A stretch of DNA of 64,000 nucleotides from the human T2T-CHM13v2.0 reference genome, Homo sapiens. The stretch lies in assembly GCF_009914755.1 (NCBI RefSeq), contig NC_060929.1, one strand, 5' to 3'. Numbering within the stretch: position 1 is the stretch's first letter; every line of letters starts with the position of its first letter. The notes beneath the pieces were generated by a model, which was given only the letters and a program-made list of their open reading frames with translations, did not search any database and was not told the DNA's origin. Of this stretch, positions 45,855-59,294 are shown piece by piece. The translations under genes were made by a program, and so were the position numbers.

Positions 45855-46460
45855 CAAGTAATTGGATCGCTGAGTTGAATGGTAATTCTGTTTTAAATTC
45901 TTTTAAAAATCTTCAAACTGCTTTCCACAGTGGCTGAACTAACATACATTCCCACCAATAGAGTAGAAGCATTCTCTTTTCTCTGCCGCCTCGCCACCAT
46001 CTGTTGTTTTTGACTTTTTAATAGCCATTCAGACTGGTATGAGATAGTATCTCATTGTGGTTTTGATTTACATTTCTCTGAAGATTAGTGATGTTGAGCA
46101 TTTTTTCAAGTGTTTGTTGGCCACTTATTTTGAGAAGTGTCTGTTCATGTCTTTTGCGCATTTTCAATGGGGCTATTCGTGCCTTGTTGAATTGTTTTAA
46201 GTTCCTTATAGATTCTAGATATTAGACCTTTGTGAAATGCATAGCTTGTGAATATTTTCTCCCATCTGTAGGTTGTCTGTCCACTCTGGTGATAGTTTCT
46301 TTTGCTATTCAGTTCTTTAGTTTAATTAGGTGTCACTTGTTAATTTTTGTTTTTGTTGCAATTGCTTTTGGGGACTTAGCCATAAGTTCTTTGCCATGCC
46401 AATGTACAGAAGAGTATTTCTTAGGTTTTCATCCATGATTTTTATAGTTTTTAAGTTTTA
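45855..46460 (-). mobile_element. L1PB/L1MA ORF2 3' fragment
   Basis: CAAACTGCTTTCCACAGTGGCTGAACTAA...GTATCTCATTGTGGTTTTGATTT...GCAATTGCTTTTGGGGACTTAGCC. Confidence 0.85.
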
Positions 46461-46740
46461 TTCCTATTATCTGACTTTGAATTTTTTTAATCGTTTTTTT
46501 ATTGTTTGTAAGTTTTTGCCCCTATCCTCTGCCCTCTGTTATATTTGACTTTCTATATTCTCTATATTTCATCGGATAGGTTGGAGCCATACATAGTCTT
46601 TCTATTACTTAATCTTAAATTGACTAATATCTTAAAACTATTAAATTTAATATTATCTATTAACATTTATCTAAACATTTCTGTATAAACTGATAATTAT
46701 TATTTCTATATTCATCTGTATAAGAGATAGCTTATTTTGA

Positions 46741-47068
<328 letters not shown>

Positions 47069-48956
47069 TATTTTGACTATTTTCTAACCGTGGCGGTAGT
47101 GGTGTTACAGTACAAAGGGGTGCTCTGTGTGTTAAGGTCTTTATATTTGCATATTGTAAACAGTCTGTATTTCTCCTGAATGAAAAATTGGCTAAGCATA
47201 AAACCCTGTATTGGCTGTTATTATCAATTGTTTGCAATATCCATTGGTGTCCATTACAGGCATGCTGCTTCTCTAGTAATTGTTAATTATTTTCTCTCTG
47301 AAAGGTTGGCTATTTATTTTGCAGGGTATCCACCAATTTCACTCTAATGTTTCTATGTTTAAAATGTATCCTGATCAAAATTACAAGTACGCTTTCAGTC
47401 TGAGGATGATAAACATTCTTAATTACATAAAATTCTTATCAATTATATAATTCAATATTGTATTTTCCCAATCCACTTCCTTATCTCATTCTGAAAGTGC
47501 TTTTAGATATGTGGCAGAACTTCTTAATCTATCCTCTTAATTTCTCCTTAATTAAAAAAATATATTTTTTGGCTTACAATGGGAGATTCTTTATGAGTTC
47601 CTCAGTGTTAGCTTCCAATTTACTAAATTTCCCCTTTGAGTCCAAGGAAAATCAGTTTGTCCATTTTATCTTCTTAGAAAATTCTAATTCTTTCATCTGA
47701 GAAAAAAATCACTTCTTTTAATTTTTAAATTTGTCTGTTCAGTTTCAAAATCTTTTTTATTTTGTATTAGAAGTTATATCTCATTTGTCATTTGAGCATG
47801 TTTGTCATATAATTCAATAAATTTACTGTCATCTGAAGAGAATTCATGTTTTAATTATTGGTTTTGGCATATGTTTCTTAAGAGAAGATTTATGTTTTAT
47901 GTTTCTTAGGAAAAGATTAATTGATACATTTTGAAAGGTAGATTTTAATGCTAATTTTGTGAGGCTCAGTATTTGTTACCATTGTTTGTTCTTTTCTCTT
48001 TCTCTGGATTTTGGTAACTAGGAAATCAGCAAAGATTGGCAGTAGTGGTGTTTGTTTGATTTTTATTTCTTTTCTTTTTTTTTTAATGTGAGATGGCACC
48101 ATAGTCTGGCTCAATATTTTCTTATACCAACCACATTTCCCCTTGCCCACCCCACTTACCTGGCAAAAGATAAGCTCACAGTCATCACTGTCTGCTCCCA
48201 CAGGCAGAGCTCAGCTGCATTTTCTGCTTTTGATTTTTGTTCTGTCCATAATTAACAAATATTTTTGTTGTATATAAGCCCAGCCAGTGTTTTTTGGTTT
48301 CTTTTTTTGTAATATTTTATTACTGTTATGTGTTCTGAGGAAAATTAATTATTGGAACATAAACTCGCTATTGCCATTATGGCCTGGAAATCAGCATAAA
48401 CACAACTGCTAATTCATACATCTTTTGAGGATATTTAGTCAGCAAAACTCAATTTGTTGGTGAATTGAGCAGCCAAGATTTGTGGCCATTTCCTCAGCAT
48501 GTGCTATAAGACTATGCTTGGAAAAATAAAGTTATGAAAGAAAATAGATTAATTTGGGTCCCAGTAATCCCAGCACATAGTAGTATCTAAAATTACCTTG
48601 TTCATTATCTGATATTGGAGAGGTGAATAAATATTACTTGGAAACAAAATATTTGAAAGAAATACACCTTTTAGAATAGTATTTGAAGTTGGGGAAGAGC
48701 TAATTTACCAGATGGTACCATTATACTCTCAAAGAGTTCATTTGCCTTAAATTGATTATTTCTTTAACACTTTTATTCTAATTAACAATAAAATTGAGAC
48801 TTCTTTGCTTGGCTGAACCATGTGAAAAAGAACATTTGCTGAATTTTACAATGACTTGTCATGAAGAACAGAGAAAGTGGCAGTGGCTGAGCAATGTAGA
48901 AGTATTCCTAAAATGATTTGTACATTGGCATTTCCCTTTTTTTCTTTGTAGACATT

Positions 48957-49253
48957 TTTTTTTTTGGCGGGGGGACAGGGTTTTGCTCTTTTTCCAGGCT
49001 GGAGTGCAGTAGCGTGTTCTCTGCTCACTGCAACCTCCGCCTCCTTGGGTTCAAGCGATTCTCCTGCCTAAGCCTCCCGAGTAGCTGGGATTACAGGCGC
49101 CTGCCACCATGTTGGGCTAAATTTTGTGTTTTTAGTAGAGACAAGGTTTCACTGTGTTGGCCAGGCTAATCTCAAACTCCGGACTTCAGGTGATCCACCC
49201 GCCTGGGCCTCCCAAAGTGTTGGGATTACAGTTGTGAGCCCCCGCGCCCGGCC
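48957..49253 (-). mobile_element. AluSx-type SINE
   Basis: TSD CT(T/C)TGTAGACATT at 48944-48956 and 49254-49266. Confidence 0.92.
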
Positions 49254-49339
49254 CTCTGTAGACATTAATTCCCCAAGGACATTCTCCCATTGGGCCCCGA
49301 GGTTATATGTTCGCAAATTTGCTGTGGAGCAAGTTCTGT

Positions 49340-49823
49340 TTAAGACTGAAAAAATCAGTGAGCTCTACCTTATAAGTCAGTCTTCTAGTGGAGCCTCAAT
49401 CAGTGTGGTATACAGCTCTGAAAGTGTAGGTGCATTTAGAATAATTTGGCAATCTCAGAATAAATGATAAAATGCCTTTGCATCAAAGCCAAGTACTTTC
49501 ATCTTGATGTTCTTATTCATCATTTTAGTGAGTTTTGTAAACTACAATTCTTAATATGTTTATAATTATTGGTTCATCTACAAATAAGACACGATAAAAT
49601 AAGACACAATAAAGAATGGTAAGAGAACATGAAATGTACTAAAGAGAAGTACAATAGAAAAAGAAAAAAAAAGTATGGCAGGAAAGGGCCAAAACAATAA
49701 ATAAGTATAATAAAATTATTAAGACTGAAAAAATGACTGAGCTGTACCTCATAAGTCAGTCTTCTAGTGAAGCCTCAATCAGTGTGGTATGCTCTGAAAC
49801 TGTAGCTGCATTTATAATAATTT
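49340..49823. repeat. ~105-bp direct repeat (49340-49447 and 49719-49823) with 271-bp spacer
   Basis: TTAAGACTGAAAAAAT...ATAAGTCAGTCTTCTAGTG...GCCTCAATCAGTGTGGTAT...ATAATTT present twice. Confidence 0.95.
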
Positions 49824-52791
49824 CACCCAGAAAATTTCCACAAAATGGAAAATATTAAGAAAAAAACATTCAGACTGCTTCAGATCTTGGGGTGCACAGA
49901 GTCAGGTATAGAACAACTCCAAAGTCCGTTTTCTAATTCCAAGCCATCTTTGGTCATTCATCCCCTTTATTTTGAAACGAAAATATTGGAAAGTAGTGGT
50001 GTGGAAACTTTACAACAAATAGGGACAGAAACATGGTCAGAGAGATAAAGCCATTAAGATCATCTAAACTGTAAACTCATTTTTGTCAGAAATTGTGGCA
50101 TCTTACTCATCTTTGTGTTTCATAATCTAATGGTTATTTAACACACAGAAAGTGTTCAATAAATATCTGTAAATGAATGCTGATGAGGAATAGAGAGAAG
50201 AAAAGTGAAAAGAACTGAAGCTTGAAGAATAGGGATGAGATATCCAAAAGAAGAGGCAAGGAGTAACTCATTGGGTACAGATAGAGATACATAGATATAG
50301 ATGATATAGCTATAGATAGATATGAAACAGAAGAGAGTGGCAAGTAAGACTATGGAAAATATTGAAATTAAGCTATATTAGTGTATATCTTAGTTAAAGA
50401 TGGTACATTAGTATAATGGGTAGCTTCCTGAATAATAGGAAAAAAGCCAAATGTGAAGCAAGGCACAATACAAAACCCTAACAGATACGAGAATAATGTA
50501 TTTGCTTTCATTCAAATTTGCTAACGTCTATTATAAAAAATCAATATTTGATGTAAGTTTATGAAATCCAGCATTTAAACAAATCTAAAGGGAAAAGTTA
50601 ATCTTAAACTGTTGATACCTGCAAAAGAAAAAGGAGTTATTTTTAATGCAGTTTTTACCAAACTTGACCAGAATCAGCTAGTTCCATTTTTTTAATGTAG
50701 ATTCCTAGGCCCTACCCCTTGTGAGTGTGATTACTGAGTAGATAATCATATAATAATAACGGTATATCTAACTAGAACTTCTGATGATTAGTCACCTTTG
50801 AAAAACAAATATAATAAATTTTATCTTGACAGGCACGAGGGGCAAGATGAGTTCTGCTAGCAAGTGGCATTTATTGTAAAAAAAACATTCTTGAGCACTG
50901 CTTTTCAAAACCCCAAGTCACAGCTTGAAGATAATCTAGGTCAAGACAACTCTCATTTAATTTTTCACAGTCAATATTATGTGAATGAAGTTTTTGCCAG
51001 TCATTAACTCAAGACAAATATAAAATTCTGAAACATGCCCTCCTAGGCAACAGCTTATGGAAAAAGACAACACGAAGTCTAATATTCAAAAGGTCTTTAG
51101 TCCATGTATTATAATCTTACATTTATGTTTTATAAATTTTTTTCTCTGTCATGTTGTTGTAGAAGAATCTTGACTCAGACTACATGTGTGCATGAACACT
51201 GTGAACTTTGATTTCAGTAGAAACTGACCAATCTCCCTGGTGGATCCATTAACTGAAAAACAGTTTTTAAGAAGTTAAACTTAACTTTTAAGTTTTGGTT
51301 GGCCCAGCCAAGTAATATGTTGCAGATTTTGCTGACTGTTTGTTATTTTGGTTTAATTATGAAGTTATTTTCACTATAATTATATTCTTTGAAATCACTG
51401 ATTCAAGAACCTTTCAATATTGAAAGGAAAATTAATCACCTACATGAAACTATAGAAGTTTTTAGATTACCTAAAGGAAATTGGAATATCATTTTAGATG
51501 CACAAGGATAAATGGTTCTAATAATTATGAAAATTTTTAAAAATTATTTGGCTCTACAGGTTAATCACCTATAAGCAGTCCAAAATTTAAATTAGGACCA
51601 CTTCTACTCATCACAAAACATGTGACACTTTGAGGATTATTCACAGAATAATTACTTCTAATATTTTAAGAGATCATATACTCTATTTTGATGGCTTGCT
51701 TCCTCAGTGTAGTGACCTTGGGTGTACATTTATCAACTTTTATGTGGTCATATCTTAAAGTTATATGCTTTATCATCCCTGAGTATTTATATTGTGTAAT
51801 TATGGAGATTATCAATAGTTTTTACAGTATGATGGATCCAAGTTCTTAGAGTGTAAAACTTTGAACCTTTAACTTTACATTTTATTTCTATTATTTGACA
51901 TCAGTGAAAGAAAAATGAGGCTTTTGAAAGGAATTCATTATAAATATCTCTTCTTGTTACAGTTATTCCACTTAACTGTTTCCACTATATCAAAGGACAA
52001 GCAAGAATTATCATTTGTAGGATTTTGAAAACCATAAAATATATTCTGGGAAACTTGATCATTTTTCAGTAACTGAACTAGAACTACCACAGACATTTAA
52101 TATGTTCAATAAAAGTTCAGATAAAATGAAAGCACTACCATAGTAATATATAACTAGAAACTAACATTTCAATGACTTCTTCAAGTACTGAATATAACAT
52201 CAATTGCAGAAAAACGATCTTAACAGCTCATCAGGCAGCTAGAAAAGGGAAATTTCCAAAATAATCTTGTACATTATTCTCAGGTATTAGGTTATTAATA
52301 AAATGACAAGCCCTTCTCAGGGTGTAAAAGATATAGAGAATGATTTATAAAAATAGGGTTATTTAGGTTGCAATGACTTAGAATCACGATTTAGTATCAC
52401 TTTTCTGAGAACATTCTACAAAGTTACTCCTTTAAAGGCAGGCTATCACTACATGTTTTAGAGTTTTAAGCATACTTGTATGCGAACTTAATTATATATT
52501 CAATTACATTTTAGAGAGATGTTTCTTTTTTAAAAAGTAATTCAAATGATGAGGACTAATTTAACAAAAATTAAAGCACACTCTGTATTATGGTAAAATA
52601 CATTTTTATAAACTGTTAAATTTCAATTTTATATAACTAAAATTTAGACATTATAATAGTGTTTTGTAATCTATTATTGCAACCTTTTAGATTTTATACT
52701 AATAAACATGTAGAATTTCAATCCATATGGTTTCCCAGGCATGTCTTATACAGAGTTTTGAAAATACTCTGAATCCTTAAATATTGTACAT

Positions 52792-52822
52792 GCACACACA
52801 CACACACACAACACACACACAC
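52792..52822. repeat. (CA)n microsatellite, interrupted
   Basis: CACACACACACACACACAACACACACACAC. Confidence 0.9.
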
Positions 52823-53394
52823 TTAACTTTCCTCACTTTACAGAAGTTGGCAAGGGAACCATTTAAAGCCAAATAGTACACACTCCTTTACTTGTATTGG
52901 AGATACACAAAACAAGTGAGGCCAACAAAAGAAATTTCCACAGTTTGTCACAAAACAATAAGCCCTATTTTTTTCTATGTTTTTTTGTTAAAAAAATTCT
53001 AAAAAATAAAATTATTCTCACCTTTAAGGGATTTAAATATTGTAGAGGGTAAAAGTTCATATCTGTGTTTGTGTAGTCACTAAAATAGTTTGTATTCTGT
53101 AAAATAAAATCATAAAATAGTTGTATTATAAAGGGATTGCTAAAAAGACAAATCAGTGACATTTTGCACATTCTAAATTTTTAGGAATGGTTACTATACA
53201 GAAAATTCCCATATCTTGCTCTCAAAATTTTTCTAGTGATCTCTAAATTTCTATTTAACATTATTCCAACTGATATTCATTTGAAGAGCTGGCTTTATAA
53301 GTTAGTTTCTCCAACAAATACCATTCTGACTCTGTGTCTTGGAGTCATGGATGCATAACCTCAAGTTGGCCCATGTTCCCAGAGAATGACCTAG

Positions 53395-53950
53395 TTATCG
53401 GATGAGGAAATAGGGCATTTTCATACACTTTTAGTGGGTTTAGAAAAAGGTTCTACTTCCTCGAATGGTACCTTGCAACTTCTATCAAAATTAGAAATAT
53501 ACTCTTTGAACAAGCAATTCCATACTTAGGAATTCATCCAAATATTAAAATTGTACCTATTCTCAACATGCATGTCTGAGAATGTTTTATTCTATTACAT
53601 TATAACAGCAAAAGGTCAATTAAAACAACTGAAATGTATTAATAGCAAGGGACTGGTTACATAAATTATAGTTATCCTTACAATAAAATAACATGTATCT
53701 TTTTTTAAAAAAGGAGAAAGTATATGTTGTGATATGGAGAGTTTTTGGCATAATCTATTAAGTGAAAAAGCAATTTTTACCAAAATGACATTGATTAGGT
53801 AAAAAAATATATATTTACTTATGTGATTATATTAAATTTCTGGAGAGATAAATAGGGAAGGTTACACCTGCCTATCTTTGAGACAGAAGCTTCAGATAAT
53901 TTACCATTCTACATTTTTCAAAGCATATGATTTACTTTGAAAATGTTTTA
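53395..53950 (+). mobile_element. L1ME-type 3' fragment
   Basis: TTTGAACAAGCAATTCCATACTTAGGAATTCATCC...GGGACTGGTTACATAAATTATAG...TTAAGTGAAAAAGCA. Confidence 0.6.
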
Positions 53951-54859
53951 TCTAAAAGGTAACTTGAAATCTTTAGATAAAAATCTTCAATCAACCTTTA
54001 CCTGTTCAACCCAGATGAGCACTTATCTTTCAGACAACTTACCTGAAAAGACATTAGTAGCTTTATAATTGGTACTGAAGTCTATAATGCTATTTTAATG
54101 ACAATTTAATGTCCGTCAACAGGCCCATTGTTTTCAATAGCATAGTAAAAAATCTCATATTCTGACTACCACTTTATCTTATTTTTTCTATTCCAAGCTG
54201 TCAGTGCTTCTACTCCTTACTAATTCAGGAAGAGATTTCCAAATCCTTAATTTAAAAAAATTATCCTCATTAACACCCGCTACAAAACAAACAGAAAGTG
54301 CACGCAGATTTATGACCAAAGGGTAGTCTAAATTCTCAAATTCTCACTGCCTTACTACATTTTTATGCATTCTAACCTTCTAATGATTTTTTTGTAAAAA
54401 TAGATAATGTACAGTAAATTACTTGATCTAAGCAGCAATTAAAAATATTCACATGATTTTCATTTTCAACAATAAAATTACATAAGAATTTGGGATTGTG
54501 TTGGCAATCCTGTGAAATCAGATGACTTGCTTTGGAGATACAGTGCCTAAAAATATAATTTGAAATTTACAAATGGCTTTGATACCCCGGAAAATATCTC
54601 ACTTCTGAATCTTCGTGTTTATACTCTGTGTTAAAAATGCTATGCTAGTTTTCTTTTTTACTTGTTGATGTTTATTTGTGGCTCCTTAGGTATTCTGTCA
54701 TTCAGTGTTTACAGCAAATAAAAAAAGTCAGTAATGTCATTCCTAAATATCCAAGTAGAGAACTTTTGCTTAGAAAACATAAATGAATTACTCCACATGC
54801 CAATTTTTCCGACCTAACTCACCTTTCATTTCTAAACCACTTTTACCTTTTTTTTTTTG

Positions 54860-55638
54860 TTTTTCACATGAATATCTTTTATTTCTTTTTCTTATCTGGT
54901 TAGTCTGGCTAAGACTTCCAGTACTATGTTGAACAGAAGTGGTGAAAGTGGGCACCTTTGTTTTGTTGGTGGTCTTTGATGGAATGTTTTAGGCTTTTCA
55001 CCATTGATTATAATGTTAGCTATCGACTTGTTGTATATGGCCTTTACTATATTAAGGTATATGCCTTATGTTAGTAATTTATTGAGAATTTTTAATCATT
55101 TTTTTATTATACTTTAAGTTTTAGGGTACATTGCACATTGTGCAGGTTAGTTACATATGTATACATGTGCCATGCTGGTGCGCTAATCACAAAGAATGTT
55201 GAATTTTGTTGAATGATTTTTTTGAATCTATTGAGATAATCATAAAATTTTTATCTTTAATTCTGTTGCTGTGTTGTATTACATTTATTGATTTAACATA
55301 TGTGAAATATCCTTGCATCGCAGGGAAAAAAAAAGTGTCTGTTGGTCATGGTATGTGATTGTTTTGATGTGCTTCTGAATTGGGTTTGCTGGTATTTTGT
55401 TGAGAAATTTTGCATCTATGTTCATCAGGAATATTGGCCTGTGATTTTCTTGTCTTGTAGTGTCCTTATCTGGCTTTGGTTTGAGAGTAATCCAGGCCTC
55501 CTAAAATGAGTTTGGAAGTGTTCTCCCTCCTCTTCAATTTCCTGAAAGAGTTTGCGAATTGCTACTAATTCTTTAAATGCTTGGTAGATTTCACCCGTGA
55601 AGCCATCTGTTCTTGGCTTTTCTTTGTTGGCAGGTTTT
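54860..55638 (-). mobile_element. Inverted 5' ORF2 segment of an old L1 (L1PB/L1MA)
   Basis: CTGGCTAAGACTTCCAGTACTATGTTGAA...TGCATCTATGTTCATCAGGAATATTGGCC is antisense ORF2; strand switches at about 55639. Confidence 0.85.
55099..55183 (-). mobile_element. Very short young L1 (L1HS/L1PA2-like) 3' tip insertion
   Basis: TTATTATACTTTAAGTTTTAGGGTACATTGCACATTGTGCAGG...CATGCTGGTGCGC; TSD TAATCA at 55093-55098 and 55184-55189. Confidence 0.85.
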
Positions 55639-56040
55639 AGAAGTTAAATTGTCTCTGTTTGCAGAAGACATGCAGATGATGTTATACATAGAAGACTCTG
55701 CAGAATCTGCAAAATATTGTTACAACTAACTTATCAGTAAAGTTGCAGAATACAAAACTAACATACAAAAATCCATTGAGTTTATATACTTCAACCAAAG
55801 ACTATCCAAAAAAGGAATTAAGAAAACAATTCCATTTACAATGGCATCAAAAAGAATAAGATACATAGAAATAAATTTAACCAAGGAGATGAAAGATTAG
55901 TACAATTAAAACTATAAGGTACTAATAAAATAAATTGAGGAAGACATAAATAAAAGGAAAAATATCCTGTGTTCATCAAGCAAAAGAATTATGTTAAACG
56001 TCCATACTACCCAAAGTAATTTACAGATTCAGTGCAATCC

Positions 56041-56435
56041 TGCTATGGTTTTAATAAGTTTGTCCCCTCCAAAACTCATGTTGAAACTTAGTCTCCATTG
56101 TAACAGAACTAAGAGGATGGGAAATTTGACTATGCTTTTTGAGAAGTGGAACCTTCGGTAGGTAACTAGGATTAGATGACAAAATGAGAGTGGAGCATTA
56201 GTATCTTTATATGAGAAGAAAGAGACACCTGCATTAGCAAACTCAGCTCCTCTTGCCCTGTGATGTCTTTTGTCATGTTATGAAACGGCACAAGGCCCTC
56301 ACCAGAAGCCAACCAAATGCAGCCACTTGATCTTGGACATCCTAGCCTCCAGAACTGCAAGAAATAAACCTCTTTTCTGTATAAATTACCCAATCTCAGG
56401 TATTCTGTTATAACCACAGAAAATGGACTAAAATA
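56041..56435 (+). mobile_element. MST-family MaLR solo LTR
   Basis: TGCTATGGTTT...CCCTCCAAAACTCATGTTGAAAC...AATGGACTAAAATA; 5-bp TSD AATCC/AATAC. Confidence 0.85.
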
Positions 56436-56534
56436 AATACCTATCAAAATAACAATGACATTTTTCTCAGAAATAGAAAAAACAATTCTAAAATTTATAT
56501 GGAAACACAAAAGACCCCAAATAGCCAAAGCGAT

Positions 56535-56901
56535 TGTTTAGTCTATTATCACACTGTTATAAAGAACTACCCGAGACTGGGTAATTTATAAAGAAAAGAT
56601 TTAGTTGACTCACAGTTCCACATGGATGGGGGGACCTCAGGAAACTTACAATCATGGCAGAAGGGGAAGGGGAAGCAAGGCACATTTTACCATGACAAAG
56701 CAGAAGAAAGAGAGACAGAGACAAGGGGGAAACGCCACACTTTTAAACTATGAGATCTCATGAGAACTCACTGTCACGAGAACACCAAGGGGGAAATCCA
56801 CCCTCATGATCCAATCACCTCCTACCAGGCCTCTACCCTGACACATGGGGATTACAATTTGACATGAGATTTGTGTAGGGACACAGAGCCAAACCATACC
56901 A
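56535..56901 (-). mobile_element. THE1 (C/D-like) MaLR solo LTR
   Basis: GAGACTGGGTAATTTATAAAGAAAAG...GGAAACTTACAATCATGGCAGAAG...GCCAAACCATACCA; TSD GCGAT/GCAAT. Confidence 0.88.
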
Positions 56902-56907
56902 GCAATC

Positions 56908-57202
<295 letters not shown>

Positions 57203-59116
57203 TAAAGCAGTCTTGAGAAAGAAGAACAAAGCTGGAAGAATCACACTTTCTGATTTCAAGATACATTACAAAGCTACAGTAATCAAGACAGTATGGTACT
57301 GGTTTAAAAAAAAAATACATATAGACCATAATAGAGAGCCCAGACAACACACCCTGGCAAATACAGTCAACCCCTCTTTGATAAGGATGTCAAGAATACA
57401 CAATAGGGAAAGTATAGCCTACTTAATAACTGATGTCAAGAAAACCACATATCCACATGCAAAATAATGACATTGTACCCTTATCTTACACCATATACAA
57501 AAATCAACTTAAAGTGGATTAAAGACTTACATGTAATAACTCAAATGTAAAACTCCTAGAAAAAAAAATAGGGAAAATCCTCATTGATATCAGTCTTGGC
57601 AATTATTTTTTCAGCTATGACACCAAAAACATTGGCAGCAAAAGCAAAAATAAATGAGTGGTGCTTCATTAAACTTAAAAAACTTCTACTCAGCAAAGAA
57701 AACAATCAATGAAATTAAAAGCAACCTATTGAATGAAAGCAAATATTTGCAAACCACATACCTGATAAGACATTAATATCCAAAATATATAAAAAACATA
57801 CAAATCAATAACAATAAATAAATAAATAAACCAAGTTAAAAATGAACAAAGGACCTGAATAGACATTTTTCTCAAAGAAGGCATACAAATGGCTAACAGA
57901 TACATGAAGAGGTCCTCAATATCACTAATCATCAGGGAAATACAAATCATAACCTAAATGAGATATAACCTCACTGCTGTTAACAATGGCTATTTTCAGA
58001 AAAAAAATGAAAGATAGCAAGTGTAAATTAGTACAGCCATTATGGAAACAGCATGGAGATGCCTCAAAAAGTTACAAGTAGAACTACCATATAATCCAAC
58101 AATTCAATCTTATGAGCATATATCCAAAGGAAATGGAATCAGTATCTTGAAAAGATATTTGTACCCATATGTTCTTTATAACGTTATTTACAGTAAGAGA
58201 AAGACATACACTGTTTGATTTTAACTAATTTAAGTTGGAGTCACAAGCTATTAGACACTCTAATATGTCAATTTCTCATAAACATCATCAATATTACAAA
58301 TATATGCATTATTTTCCTTTAACTTAACCCCCAAACATAATTTTTGGTGTGCCATTGTCTCTATTTCTAACTTTCCTAAAGTTTTCATGGATGAATGTAA
58401 GGCATGAATCTGTAAATTAAACAATAACATTGCACAAAGGTAGTGTCCCAGCCTTAGTGTTCTGAATGTGCATATTGATCAAATATATCTTTGATCAGGA
58501 CATGAAATAGATTCATACCAAAGCTAGTGGTAGACCAAACTGAATACTGCTTATGATTCTATAACAGGAAACCCATAATTCACAAAGTGTCTTATCCCTT
58601 AACATCTCCTGTTTTTAAGTTACATGACTGAATTATTAAAATTAGTTGGAGTATTTCACCTTGCCCCCCAACTATTTGCCAATTTATTTTACTGTTTTAC
58701 TGAATTTACCTTCCTTAGCTCATCTTAAGACATTTTAATATATTCTCAACTGCCACTAAGAGTAAGTTAAAGACATTCTATGATATTCCTCTAAAAAAAT
58801 TCTAATTTTGTCCTTGAAGTTAAGCAGCATGATTGTTTCCTTTTCAAATTGCTTCCAGTCTGGTAGGGCCACAGTTCTTATAGATATTAAAATGAAATAT
58901 AATTGAAGTGCAAATATCCTTTATTGTATTTATTTGGTTCTAATACCACAACACTAAGAATAAACTAATGAGCGATGAAACCATTTGGGATTTACTGACC
59001 TCTTTGGAAATATGATGAAACACCGGATTGTGTCCCCATAACAATGTATATGCAGATACACAATGTTTTACATATTGTTTCAAAGACTATGTGAAACTCT
59101 TCTATACACTTCATTA

Positions 59117-59294
59117 CAGTGGTTCTCCAAGCATGATGCTGGACCAGTGCTTCAGGACATCTTGTTAGAAATTCTGTCTTGGGCCCTGTTCCAGATCTAC
59201 TGAAACAGAAACTCTTGGGGGTAGAGACCAGCAAGTTGTTATATAACAAACTTTCGGGGTGCTTCTGATAAATGCCAAGGTTTGAGAACTATTG
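59117..59294. mobile_element. MER5A hAT-Charlie element
   Basis: CAGTGGTTCTCCAA...CCAGATCTACTGAAACAGAAACTCT...GTTTGAGAACTATTG. Confidence 0.8.
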
